In this document: piece after piece, positions 19,825 through 28,740 of the stretch
How the letters are laid out: every line of letters begins with the position of its first letter
Numbering within the stretch: the stretch's first letter is position 1
Virus record (IMG/VR): IMGVR_UViG_3300023174_000123
Span: 1 to 64,000 of that record
Strand: one strand, 5' to 3'
Source of the DNA: a virus
Length of the DNA: 64,000 nt
The notes under the pieces: model-generated
Seen by the model: the letters and a program-made list of their open reading frames with translations, nothing else
The model's database searches: none
What the model was told of the DNA's origin: nothing
Position numbers and translations under genes: made by a program

Positions 19825-21051
19825 ATGGCCTGGGGACAAGATTTCCTCAAAGGATTTTTTGGCGCTGATGCATTAAAAACTTACAGTCACGCCAGCAAAA
19901 CTTTCCTAACCAACGGATACGAACTAGCCCCGCGGCAGAAGTTCTTATTCCATGTTTACTTTACCATAAACACACAGCAGGTTCCTGCACTTCGTGATGC
20001 CTTTCCTAACCAGGATGTAGCACAGGTTGGCCTCATGGTCAAGAACATACAGTTGCCCAGTTACCAGATGAGTGTGGAAACACTGAATCAATACAACCGT
20101 AAAAGGCTGGCACAGACCAAGATTGACTACAATCCTGTGCAGGTAGAATTCCACGACGATGGTGGGGATCTAGTGCGCAACATGTGGTATAACTATTTCA
20201 AATACTACTACAAAGATCCCAGCCAAAAATACGACAACGTTTCCAGCACCAACGGTCAAATGGCCGCCATGATGCAAAGCCCAGTGGGATTCAGCTACAA
20301 CAACAGAGACATCTACGACAACAGTCGCACCGTCAATGACTGGGGCTACATTGGTGAAAGCGCCAACGACGGTTATACTACTCTAGATGGATCAGCTTCA
20401 GGCAAGCCTCCGTTCTTCCGTGACATACGTATCTATGGACTGAACCAACGCAGATTCGCCGAGTATATACTAATCAATCCCATGGTCACAGAGTGGAATC
20501 ATGATACCTATGATTATTCACAAGGTGGCGGAACCATGAGTCACAGGATGACGGTGCGCTATGAAACAGTCAAATACTATACCGGAGCCATTGGAGGCGT
20601 AAGGCCTGATACCAACGTGGTTGGATTTGCTGACCCAGCCTATTACGACACTGTGCCCAGCGCCCTGGCACGACCTGGAGCCACACAGACTGTTTTGGGT
20701 CAAGGTGGATTGTTGGATGCTGGCATAGGCATCATTGAAGATCTACAGAGCGGCGGAGTGGCCGGCGCCATTGGTGCAGTGCAAAAAGCTGGCACTGCCT
20801 ACTACACATTCAAAGACAAAAATATCCGCGCCACAGTCAACGAAGAAATCAATCAAAGTGCCAGAAACATCATACGTGGCAGTCTACCCGGAGCTGTTCG
20901 TGGTGCCATTGGAAGCACTGCGTCATCGCCTAATCCTTTGGGCATACCCACACCAAATCGTGGACAGTTGGATGGCATATTCTTTCCAACACCGCCAAGG
21001 TCGGCCACCACTACACCGCCTTTTAATCCTGCTGGTGGAGGCGGAGCATGA
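19825..21051 (+). CDS. Tube-fold baseplate/tail-tube junction protein (gp54/gp48-like)
   Basis: KFLFHVYF, VKNIQLPS, YNPVQVEFHDD, MTVRYE echo the tube fold. Confidence 0.55.
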   Translation: MAWGQDFLKGFFGADALKTYSHASKTFLTNGYELAPRQKFLFHVYFTINTQQVPALRDAFPNQDVAQVGLMVKNIQLPSYQMSVETLNQYNRKRLAQTKIDYNPVQVEFHDDGGDLVRNMWYNYFKYYYKDPSQKYDNVSSTNGQMAAMMQSPVGFSYNNRDIYDNSRTVNDWGYIGESANDGYTTLDGSASGKPPFFRDIRIYGLNQRRFAEYILINPMVTEWNHDTYDYSQGGGTMSHRMTVRYETVKYYTGAIGGVRPDTNVVGFADPAYYDTVPSALARPGATQTVLGQGGLLDAGIGIIEDLQSGGVAGAIGAVQKAGTAYYTFKDKNIRATVNEEINQSARNIIRGSLPGAVRGAIGSTASSPNPLGIPTPNRGQLDGIFFPTPPRSATTTPPFNPAGGGGA

Positions 21052-21413
21052 GCACAATAAACACAGCCAACCCTACAATAGATCAAACAGTGCGCATCTA
21101 TGATGCGTTCTACAACTACGCTGCTAATATTCCTGCAGAAGAATATGATGCCGTGCTGAGCTATTTCAAAAATGTGTTTACCACTAGATTGGCCGCAGAA
21201 AATTTTACTTCAGCTCTGTTTAGAGTGGCCGAAGAAACCAATCAAAGTGCCTTGACCCTGTTGCAAACATTCCAACAAGGTGGGCAAAGTGAGCCAGAAG
21301 TCACCATACTCATGGCCTACTATCTCAACAGTGTGCGCAGTCCAGCTACCTTGTTGGGTGTGTTGACTCCTACCCAGCCCAACTTCTACGCTGCCAGAAA
21401 CGTAAAGGCCTGA
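21048..21413 (+). CDS. Hypothetical virion protein
   Basis: ATGA overlap within the tail operon. Confidence 0.65.
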   Translation: MSTINTANPTIDQTVRIYDAFYNYAANIPAEEYDAVLSYFKNVFTTRLAAENFTSALFRVAEETNQSALTLLQTFQQGGQSEPEVTILMAYYLNSVRSPATLLGVLTPTQPNFYAARNVKA

Positions 21414-21415
21414 TC

Positions 21416-21859
21416 ATGGCCAATTTCCGTCAAGGCGTATACACTGTTAGGAATCCTCAAAAATACGTGGGCAAAGGCACCCCCAGATACAGATCGGGCT
21501 GGGAGCTTACTTTTATGATGTTTCTTGACAGCAATGACAACATTGTTCAATGGGCTTCAGAAAGCATTACCATACCCTATAGAAATCCCATCACCGGCAA
21601 GCAAAGCATGTATGTGCCAGATTTTTTTGTGACTTACCGTGGACGTGACAATACCACACGTGCCGAACTGATAGAAATCAAGCCCAAAAAACAAAGTCTA
21701 ATTGAAAGTAAAATGAGCGACCGAGACCGTGCTATTGTGGCAGTCAACTACGCCAAGTGGGATTCTGCAACCAAATGGGCACGGCGCAACGGACTCACAT
21801 TTAGAGTAATCAACGAAGACATGATATTCCATCAAGGTAGTCGAAAAACCGGTAAATAG
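21416..21859 (+). CDS. Head completion nuclease (T4 gp4-like, TnsA-N fold)
   Basis: NPQKYVG, YRSGWE, WASE...IPY, YVPDF, ELIEIKP, N.AKW..A motifs. Confidence 0.9.
   Translation: MANFRQGVYTVRNPQKYVGKGTPRYRSGWELTFMMFLDSNDNIVQWASESITIPYRNPITGKQSMYVPDFFVTYRGRDNTTRAELIEIKPKKQSLIESKMSDRDRAIVAVNYAKWDSATKWARRNGLTFRVINEDMIFHQGSRKTGK
21852..21858 (+). promoter_or_regulatory. Late promoter (GTAAATA), leaderless
   Basis: ATG lies 4 nt downstream. Confidence 0.7.
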
Positions 21860-21862
21860 GTC

Positions 21863-22360
21863 ATGACTCGTCGCCTTGAAGAACTGTTTGATTTGCCACC
21901 CAGTGGTAGCACCAGCGAAACCACTGAACCCGAATCTATTCCTGCCACGCAGATAGCACTCAAAGAAATCAATGCTACCATAGACAAAATTGACGAAGCC
22001 CTGCCGGCTGTGCGAGGCTTGGATGCGTCTGACACTGAAATGGATGAAATAGCAGCCAAGGCACAAGAGACCTTTGACAATTTGATGGACTTGGGGTTCA
22101 ATGTAGATAGTCGTTACAGCGGCGAAATATTTGCAGTGGCTGGCACCATGCTGGGCCATGCGCTCACAGCCAAAACGGCCAAGCTAAACAAGAAGTTGAA
22201 AATGGTCGATCTGCAACTGAAAAAGCTCAAAATGGATCAGGATCGGGCCAGCACTGCCGGAGATGAAGCAGTGGAAACGGCACACGGACAGATATTGAGC
22301 CGCAATGATTTGCTAGAGCGTCTGATGGCGTCTAGAGACCAAAAAGATACAAAAGCATAA
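21863..22360 (+). CDS. Probable terminase small subunit (gp16-like)
   Basis: Size, helical/coiled-coil character, LEELFDL start, late promoter; family assignment is inference. Confidence 0.5.
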   Translation: MTRRLEELFDLPPSGSTSETTEPESIPATQIALKEINATIDKIDEALPAVRGLDASDTEMDEIAAKAQETFDNLMDLGFNVDSRYSGEIFAVAGTMLGHALTAKTAKLNKKLKMVDLQLKKLKMDQDRASTAGDEAVETAHGQILSRNDLLERLMASRDQKDTKA

Positions 22361-22363
22361 ATA
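22357..22363 (+). promoter_or_regulatory. Late promoter (ATAAATA)
   Basis: Overlaps the upstream TAA and heads the 22382-28293 gene run. Confidence 0.75.
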
Positions 22364-22381
22364 TCATATAGGGATACAAAT

Positions 22382-22990
22382 ATGAAAAAATTTCAAGAAT
22401 ACCTGGCCGAAAGCGAAAGAACCTACCGCTATAGGATCAAAATCGTGGGTGACGTAGCACCTGACTTTGTCAAGATGCTGACTGAAAAACTCAAACAGTT
22501 TGATCCGGTCAAGATTGGTTCGCCAAAAACCACGCCGGTGCAACTCAAGCCTGCTGACTTCCCCAAGCACAGCAATGACTCAGTGACCAGCATGGATTGT
22601 GAATTCCGCTATCCAGCCATTGAACCACAGATCAAACAGATCGCACAGTTATTGTTCTTGGATCCTAATAGAATCATCATGTTGACCACACCGCACGAAG
22701 ACAGCATGGACGTCGAGCGTGAAAAGATCGCGGATCAAAACAAAGATCTGCTCACTGACACAGACTATCCTGCTCCTGACGCTGAACAAAAGGCACTCAG
22801 CAAAGATTATTCGGCACCCTATGACGAACATGCTGTGTTGAAGAATGCCTATCGCAGTGACTTCACAGTAGCTGGAGGCAAGACACCACCAGCCAAGACT
22901 ACAAATGATTTGCCTATGGGCACATCAAGCCCTATGACCAAGGTCAAGCGACCACCACGCCCAGCCACTGGCGCCAACCCAAGAGGATAA
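22382..22990 (+). CDS. Putative internal head protein
   Basis: N-terminus MKKFQEYLAE resembles the T4 capsid-targeting sequence MKTYQEFIAE. Confidence 0.6.
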   Translation: MKKFQEYLAESERTYRYRIKIVGDVAPDFVKMLTEKLKQFDPVKIGSPKTTPVQLKPADFPKHSNDSVTSMDCEFRYPAIEPQIKQIAQLLFLDPNRIIMLTTPHEDSMDVEREKIADQNKDLLTDTDYPAPDAEQKALSKDYSAPYDEHAVLKNAYRSDFTVAGGKTPPAKTTNDLPMGTSSPMTKVKRPPRPATGANPRG

Positions 22991-22994
22991 CAGC

Positions 22995-24905
22995 ATGACA
23001 TTTTTTTACGACCTAAATAAGAAGTTGGCTGACCTGGCCAAGAAACAAGACCTTGTTGAGAGTGCTCAGCCAGTGGCTGAACGTAGCACTGGTGACTACT
23101 CGGCCAAGAAAGCTGCTGCGGGCAAAGACATTGGTAAGCCTGGCAAGATGTTTTCAAAGATTGCTAAGTCGGCAGGCGAGCGTTATGGCTCCAAAGAGCG
23201 TGGCGAGAAAGTTGCAGGTGCTGTATTAGCCAAACTGCGTGCCAAAGAAAGTGCCGGCAACATGGATGAGAGTGCTCTCCAAGCATACCTGGGTAAAAAG
23301 AAATACGGCGAGACTGGCATGAAGGCCCTGCAGAAAGCCGGCCGTGAAGGCGCCAGCAAAGAGACCATGGCCAAGATCCGTGCCAAACACGACAAGATGG
23401 ACGAAGAAATAGCCGACGAAGGCAACGCATTTACAGCCAAGCTCAAGAGCACACCCAAGGGTGGCGAGTTTGAACTGGATGGCAAAAAATACAAAGACAC
23501 CAGCAACATCGAAGAGAAAAAAGAAACCAAAAAATCTCGCAGTGCTGGCACAGCATTTGATCCTGAAGTGGCCAAATCAATGTTTGCCACCAAAGACGAG
23601 CATCCAAGATATGATGTCAAAGACACAGGCTACAGTAAACGTTACACAAGAAAAGAAGAACCTGAAGAAAAAGATGATGTAGAAGTCACGGATCAACCCA
23701 AGAAGAAAGGTCGTCCAAAAGGTCCTGAGAAAGGTCCTGAGCGTGTAACCAAAGGCAGCCACAAGTACAAAATGGTCAATGGCAAGCGTGTCAAGAAAGA
23801 AAAGACCGAAGAAGATCTTGACACCGACGGCGTCATGATGACACGTCCGTCAAACATGAGTTCGGAAGACATTGAAAGTGTCAGCCTGATCAACAAAGGT
23901 GAATACGATCGTGAAGGCGAAATGGCCAAGGACGATTTGGAAAGTCTTGCCATGGCTGCCAAAGAGTTGCATGCCATTCTTGGCGACGATGAAAATCTGC
24001 CTGAGTGGGTCCAAAGCAAAATCACCAAGGCCTTGGATTATATCAACAGCAGCAATCAATACATGCATCAACAAAAAGATGATGCAGAACCCGTGGCAGA
24101 AAAAGCCGTCAGCCAGGCACAACGCAGAGCCGCTGGCATAGCACATGCCGCACAAAAAGGCGAGATCCCCAAAAGCGAGTTGCGTGGCGCGTCAAAAGAA
24201 ATGGCCCGGATGCCCAAGGGTGAACTGCACAAGTTTGCAGCGACCAAAGAAAAAGGTCTTCCAAAGAAAGTCAAAGAAGCCGGCAAACCCGACTTTTTAG
24301 ATCTTGACAAGGATGGCAACAAGTCCGAACCCATGAAACAAGCTGCCAAACAAGCCAAAGGCAAGACGAAAGAAGAAGCCGTTGACGAAACAACTGTAGC
24401 CGGATCAGTGGCCACAGCACCCACTGGTGGTAAATCCAAGGGCGGTGTGCAGTTTGGCAAGGGCGTGTATGAAAGCCTGGATCGAAAGTTCCGGCAGGCA
24501 CTCACAGAAGGCATGAACGTAAGTGTGAACATGAACACTGGTCCTGATGGTAATCCCAGCAAGAACATCACTGTCAGTGCCGACGGTGAAGATGCAGAAG
24601 CCTTGGCCGCATTGTTAAAGATGGCTGGCATGGGCGGTCACGACAACGCAGAAAGCTGTGGCACCTGTGGCAAAGCACCCTGTGGCTGTGAGGAATTAGA
24701 TGAGAACAGCCCAGACTGGCCCACAAACACAGAAACCAGCGACAATGCCATGCAGTATTCAGGAGGCCTCAATGGTCCTAAATCAACTGGACAAACAACA
24801 GTTCCTGTGATTGCCAGCCAACTGCGTCGCCAAGTTTCAATGGAAGAGTCAATGGAACTTGAGCGCAATCTGTTCCGTTTATACCAAAACTATAAAGCAC
24901 AATGA
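22995..24905 (+). CDS. Highly charged modular head/core protein containing a DUF3008-like module
   Basis: AVSQAQRRAAGIAHAAQKGEIPKSELRGASKEMA...KFAATKEKGLP (DUF3008-like), PDFLDLDKDGN and LPEWVQSKITKA modules; many hydrophobic-x-E sites. Confidence 0.65.
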   Translation: MTFFYDLNKKLADLAKKQDLVESAQPVAERSTGDYSAKKAAAGKDIGKPGKMFSKIAKSAGERYGSKERGEKVAGAVLAKLRAKESAGNMDESALQAYLGKKKYGETGMKALQKAGREGASKETMAKIRAKHDKMDEEIADEGNAFTAKLKSTPKGGEFELDGKKYKDTSNIEEKKETKKSRSAGTAFDPEVAKSMFATKDEHPRYDVKDTGYSKRYTRKEEPEEKDDVEVTDQPKKKGRPKGPEKGPERVTKGSHKYKMVNGKRVKKEKTEEDLDTDGVMMTRPSNMSSEDIESVSLINKGEYDREGEMAKDDLESLAMAAKELHAILGDDENLPEWVQSKITKALDYINSSNQYMHQQKDDAEPVAEKAVSQAQRRAAGIAHAAQKGEIPKSELRGASKEMARMPKGELHKFAATKEKGLPKKVKEAGKPDFLDLDKDGNKSEPMKQAAKQAKGKTKEEAVDETTVAGSVATAPTGGKSKGGVQFGKGVYESLDRKFRQALTEGMNVSVNMNTGPDGNPSKNITVSADGEDAEALAALLKMAGMGGHDNAESCGTCGKAPCGCEELDENSPDWPTNTETSDNAMQYSGGLNGPKSTGQTTVPVIASQLRRQVSMEESMELERNLFRLYQNYKAQ

Positions 24906-25639
24906 AATCGCTAAAAGACTATCTCGTAGAAAGTGAACAATGGATGAACACACCTGCTGCAGGTGACATCTTTGCGTTTGAACTTCCTGATGAAGTCTTG
25001 TGTGAGACCTACGTCATTGAAGTTGCTGATGATTGTATCCTACTAGATTCTACACCAGAGATCAACGCAGCCTTGGCCGAATGGGCCACTCTTGAAGACT
25101 CCGACGAAGGTGATTCAGGTGTGATCATGGAAACCATGGGCTACGGCACCTTGGTCGGCGAAGGCGCCATGAAAAAAGAAATGCACGCAGCCGCAGAAGA
25201 AATGAGCCTGGAAGATTTCAAAGACCGCTATGGTGACGAAGACTGGATTGAAGAATTTTGGCGAGTCAGTAACGGTGTGGATAAAGATATCGACGAAGAC
25301 CAAGATGCGGCTGTGGTAGCTGGCAAAGAGGCTGCTATTGATGCCGCACAACGCTTGGCCACCGACGAAGCCGAATATCAAGGCCGCAAAGTAGCCCTGG
25401 GCAAGCCCATGGCAGGTGATGTCAAAAAGTTTAAGGTGTATGTCAAAGATCCCAAGACAGGCAATGTAAAGAAAGTGAACTTTGGGCATGGTGGCACCAG
25501 CGCCAAACGTGCTGGCCAAAAGACAATGCGTATCAAAAAATCAAATCCTGCACGTAGAAAAAGTTTCCGGGCCCGTCACAACTGTGCCAACCCAGGCCCA
25601 AGAACAAAAGCACGCTATTGGTCGTGCCGTAAATGGTAA
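24902..25639 (+). CDS. Putative internal head protein with basic C-terminal domain (DUF6321-like)
   Basis: MKSLKDYLVE start; acidic N-half; KKFKVYVK...KVNFG...RRKSFRARHNC...ARYWSCRKW. Confidence 0.65.
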   Translation: MKSLKDYLVESEQWMNTPAAGDIFAFELPDEVLCETYVIEVADDCILLDSTPEINAALAEWATLEDSDEGDSGVIMETMGYGTLVGEGAMKKEMHAAAEEMSLEDFKDRYGDEDWIEEFWRVSNGVDKDIDEDQDAAVVAGKEAAIDAAQRLATDEAEYQGRKVALGKPMAGDVKKFKVYVKDPKTGNVKKVNFGHGGTSAKRAGQKTMRIKKSNPARRKSFRARHNCANPGPRTKARYWSCRKW

Positions 25640-25654
25640 TCAAGGAAAACAAAA

Positions 25655-25948
25655 ATGGCCGCAAACGTATATACCACACTAGCTAACACAACTGTTTACA
25701 CAGACAAACTACAGATTGCCACGGCGGCTAATGCTGTGACATACCAAGTCTATGCAACCGCATTGGGTTCAGCCGCAGCCGTGGGCAACTTATATTCTAC
25801 ACCAATCACCATTCCGCCCAACACAGTGTTTGAAGTATATTCAGGAGCTGGCAACAAAGTCACTGTCACCGGAACACCATTTACAGCCCTGGAATTAGGA
25901 ACCCAAAGTTCTGCTCAATATAGCGTTTTTAATTCCGCAGGACAATAA
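25655..25948 (+). CDS. Small beta-rich virion protein
   Basis: AAGGA SD; Thr/Ala-rich 97 aa in late operon. Confidence 0.65.
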   Translation: MAANVYTTLANTTVYTDKLQIATAANAVTYQVYATALGSAAAVGNLYSTPITIPPNTVFEVYSGAGNKVTVTGTPFTALELGTQSSAQYSVFNSAGQ

Positions 25949-25950
25949 CA

Positions 25951-26331
25951 GTGCGTGCCCGAGAATTTGTCTCCGAAGCCAAACGGGGAGGAGCCCGATC
26001 TGCACCTGCTCACGAATTTGAACAAGCTCATCCTGGCCTAGTCATGCCCGGCGGCAAAGGTGATGTGTATTGGGGCCGCTACTATGATCACTATCGTGTT
26101 AGCAGTTTGGCTGGCATGGATCCAGCGGACATTGACAAAATAGATGAAATTAATTTTTGGGGCAACTTGCCTGTGTTTAGTGCCTACACTGAATATGATC
26201 GCCGCAAACTCAAAGCGATCATGAAAAAACTTAAAATGAATCCCACAGATGCCATTGGCGACGGCAGTTATGAAACCACAGGCACCAACAAGACCAGTCC
26301 TGTCAAGGCCTTTCGAGGCTACACTCGCTAA
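25951..26331 (+). CDS. MRAREF-family paralogue 1 (putative internal protein)
   Basis: MRAREFVSEA...TNKTSPVKAFRGYTR. Confidence 0.7.
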   Translation: MRAREFVSEAKRGGARSAPAHEFEQAHPGLVMPGGKGDVYWGRYYDHYRVSSLAGMDPADIDKIDEINFWGNLPVFSAYTEYDRRKLKAIMKKLKMNPTDAIGDGSYETTGTNKTSPVKAFRGYTR

Positions 26332-27210
26332 ATGTGCGTGATCGTTGCCAAATGGTTTGACGGCACGGGCTGGGCCGGTGCCAAGAACCGTGACAGAACC
26401 TACACACCTGAATTAGATTTCATTGAAAGCAAAGCTGGCAATGTTGATCGCATGATGATGCATGATCTTGTCACTGGCTATAAAGAAGGTATCAACAGCC
26501 AGGGTGTCAGCATATTGAACACCAGCCTGGACGTTGGCAACGACGAAACCGAAGTAGAAAGCGGCCGAGTCAAGTCCAGTCCCGACGGGCGGATCATAGC
26601 CGAAGCCTTGTCTTTACCCACGGCCGAACAAGCCGCTGGTTTGTTGATAAAGAATCAATTGTGTGGTTGTACCATGGTGTTTGATCAAGACGACATGATC
26701 TTGATCGAAGCTTCAAACTGGGATGGTAAAAGGCCCTATAGATTCCGGGCACGAAGGATACCTAAAACACAAACAGTGGCCAGGACCAATCACGGCATCT
26801 GGATGCCCACAGCTGGCATGCAACGTGACAAACGAGATAAACAAAAAACGCTAGATCGCATCAGCAGTGAAAGCCGTTTATTGCTGGCTGAGGAAGTGGT
26901 AAAACAAGCACAACGACCCGAAGATCTAGTGGATGGCATGTGCCGTGTCTACATCAATGACCCGCAACTAAATATACTTAGGACCAGCACAGATGGGCGT
27001 AAAATGCGCACAACCAGCCAACAACTGTGTGTGCCAAAAGAACGAACCTTGTATTGTCGTCCTGTGAGTAGTCACATGAAGTTTGATTTTTGGAGCCTGA
27101 ATCGCCCTACTACAGATGTGTGGGTTGAGCTAATGAGCAACAGAGAATTATGGCAGAATGTCAAAGGTGATCCACCTTTTGGCAGTATGCAGTTAAAGGA
27201 CATGGAATGA
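26332..27210 (+). CDS. N-terminal nucleophile (Ntn) cysteine hydrolase
   Basis: Cys2 (MCVIV), AKNRD, EGINSQGV, RTNHG and SESR motifs as in TANGO2/NRDE and C45/C69-type Ntn hydrolases. Confidence 0.75.
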   Translation: MCVIVAKWFDGTGWAGAKNRDRTYTPELDFIESKAGNVDRMMMHDLVTGYKEGINSQGVSILNTSLDVGNDETEVESGRVKSSPDGRIIAEALSLPTAEQAAGLLIKNQLCGCTMVFDQDDMILIEASNWDGKRPYRFRARRIPKTQTVARTNHGIWMPTAGMQRDKRDKQKTLDRISSESRLLLAEEVVKQAQRPEDLVDGMCRVYINDPQLNILRTSTDGRKMRTTSQQLCVPKERTLYCRPVSSHMKFDFWSLNRPTTDVWVELMSNRELWQNVKGDPPFGSMQLKDME

Positions 27211-27605
27211 GAGCAAGAGAATTTGTAGCTGAACAACGCTATGGCGCCGCCAAGGATGTACCGGCCAGCGGAAAAAAACTACCTAAATCTCATCGCAGTG
27301 CTATCAAAGGCGCAATCAGCATGCCTGACATCAGCCAGACCAAACAAGGCGGCAGTCCTTACACACAGTGGCGATTTGGCATAGCCATGGCCGGTGCACC
27401 TGATTATCCTACACCACCTGCAGGTGCCTTTGCCGGCGATCCGCTGTTGGCCACCTATTCGGATGCCGACTTGAAAATCATCAACGCAGCTGCCAAATCA
27501 GTGGGAGCTGGTGAAGTCAAGAAGCTCACAGACAATCGCAGCACCGAAGCAGACTGGGTCAACAAGACTAGCCCTGTGACAGGATTTGGGGGATACGGCC
27601 GATGA
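27207..27605 (+). CDS. MRAREF-family paralogue 2
   Basis: MRAREFVAEQ...YTQWRFGIAMAGA...VNKTSPVTGFGGYGR. Confidence 0.7.
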   Translation: MRAREFVAEQRYGAAKDVPASGKKLPKSHRSAIKGAISMPDISQTKQGGSPYTQWRFGIAMAGAPDYPTPPAGAFAGDPLLATYSDADLKIINAAAKSVGAGEVKKLTDNRSTEADWVNKTSPVTGFGGYGR

Positions 27606-27994
27606 GAGCCCGAGAGTTCATCCGTGAACAACGAGAGCTTCCGCCCGAGATCTCGGAACCTTTGCGGTATACATACATACTGCCTGGACTCAGTGCCGCA
27701 GATCCTTACAGAAACTACAGATTTGGTGTGGCCATGGCCCGTGCTAGAAGTGACCGCGGCAAAGATCAAGATCAAGTAGATCACTTTATGCCGCCCTGGG
27801 AAGCAGAAACAGCCTTTGGCGAACATGGTGTGATATCGGGTTTTGATGCCAATGTGGATCCAGTGATCGACATGGCGCTAAAAATGACCAAGACACCCGG
27901 GGGCAAAAAGCTGGTCAGCTCGGCTGCTAGTGAAGAACCCGCCAGCACGGATAAAGTCAGTCCCATCAAACCTTTCCGAGGATATCCTAGATAA
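27602..27994 (+). CDS. MRAREF-family paralogue 3
   Basis: MRAREFIREQ...YRNYRFGVAMARA...TDKVSPIKPFRGYPR. Confidence 0.7.
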   Translation: MRAREFIREQRELPPEISEPLRYTYILPGLSAADPYRNYRFGVAMARARSDRGKDQDQVDHFMPPWEAETAFGEHGVISGFDANVDPVIDMALKMTKTPGGKKLVSSAASEEPASTDKVSPIKPFRGYPR

Positions 27995-28293
27995 TGGCCA
28001 ATCCGCCACCGCCCTACGACGATCTCACGGGCATAAGCCGTACCGTGATGAAAGACAACGCCCAGGAAACAGTCACAAACTACAACGGCAACGCCAGACC
28101 CGCCGAAATGACCGTGAACATCAACACCAATGAAATCTACATTGGCAATGCCACTGGAGCACTCACAAAAATCATACAGGTCACCGGATCCAACACCTTT
28201 TTGGGCAATGTGCGTGTGGCAAATTCTACCGCTGGACTCAATCAGCTGTATTTTGATCCGGCCACAGGTGAAATAGTCTACTACCAGCCCTAA
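27994..28293 (+). CDS. Small virion protein with fibre N-terminal-like motif
   Basis: TAATG coupling; GNARPAEMTVNINTNEIYIGNATG resembles fibre attachment motifs. Confidence 0.6.
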   Translation: MANPPPPYDDLTGISRTVMKDNAQETVTNYNGNARPAEMTVNINTNEIYIGNATGALTKIIQVTGSNTFLGNVRVANSTAGLNQLYFDPATGEIVYYQP

Positions 28294-28294
28294 G

Positions 28295-28301
28295 CTAAAT
28301 A
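28295..28301 (+). promoter_or_regulatory. Late promoter (CTAAATA)
   Basis: Intergenic, followed by AAGGA SD. Confidence 0.7.
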
Positions 28302-28322
28302 AGCATTAAGGAACCTACGGAA

Positions 28323-28730
28323 ATGAAAATTGCAGATATCTTAAGAACACTAGCAGCTAATTTGGAACATGCCCAGGGCGGCACACCCGATCCACGCATA
28401 CAGAATCCAGCTCAATTGATTGATGTAGTTGCTGTGGCAGACAACGATAAACCCAGCCCCAATGGGACTACGGATTCGGGCAACGACAAGGCACCAGAAA
28501 ACACATTCCTGCCACCACTACAACAAAAGCAAGAATTGTTGAAAAAAGCAGTAGGGGTGGAGAATGTGTATGATGATGGCGGGCCAGAACATCAACACGC
28601 TGAAGAAACGGCTGAACAAGATGACATGACAGATGAACGTGATGACATAGTGGATCGTATCCGGCAACTCAGCGGAGTGCCCACAGCCGCTGTGCAAGAA
28701 CTCAGCAACGACGAAGTATTTGACGACTAA
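28323..28730 (+). CDS. Acidic hypothetical late protein
   Basis: MKIADILR start; PPLQQKQELLKK and VDRIRQLSG motifs. Confidence 0.7.
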   Translation: MKIADILRTLAANLEHAQGGTPDPRIQNPAQLIDVVAVADNDKPSPNGTTDSGNDKAPENTFLPPLQQKQELLKKAVGVENVYDDGGPEHQHAEETAEQDDMTDERDDIVDRIRQLSGVPTAAVQELSNDEVFDD

Positions 28731-28740
28731 GGTGTAGTCT

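Noticed and set aside
21416-21859. TnsA-like nuclease as evidence of a Tn7 transposon
   Set aside because: Matches the T4 gp4 head-completion pattern in a structural operon; no TnsB or TnsC and no transposon ends.
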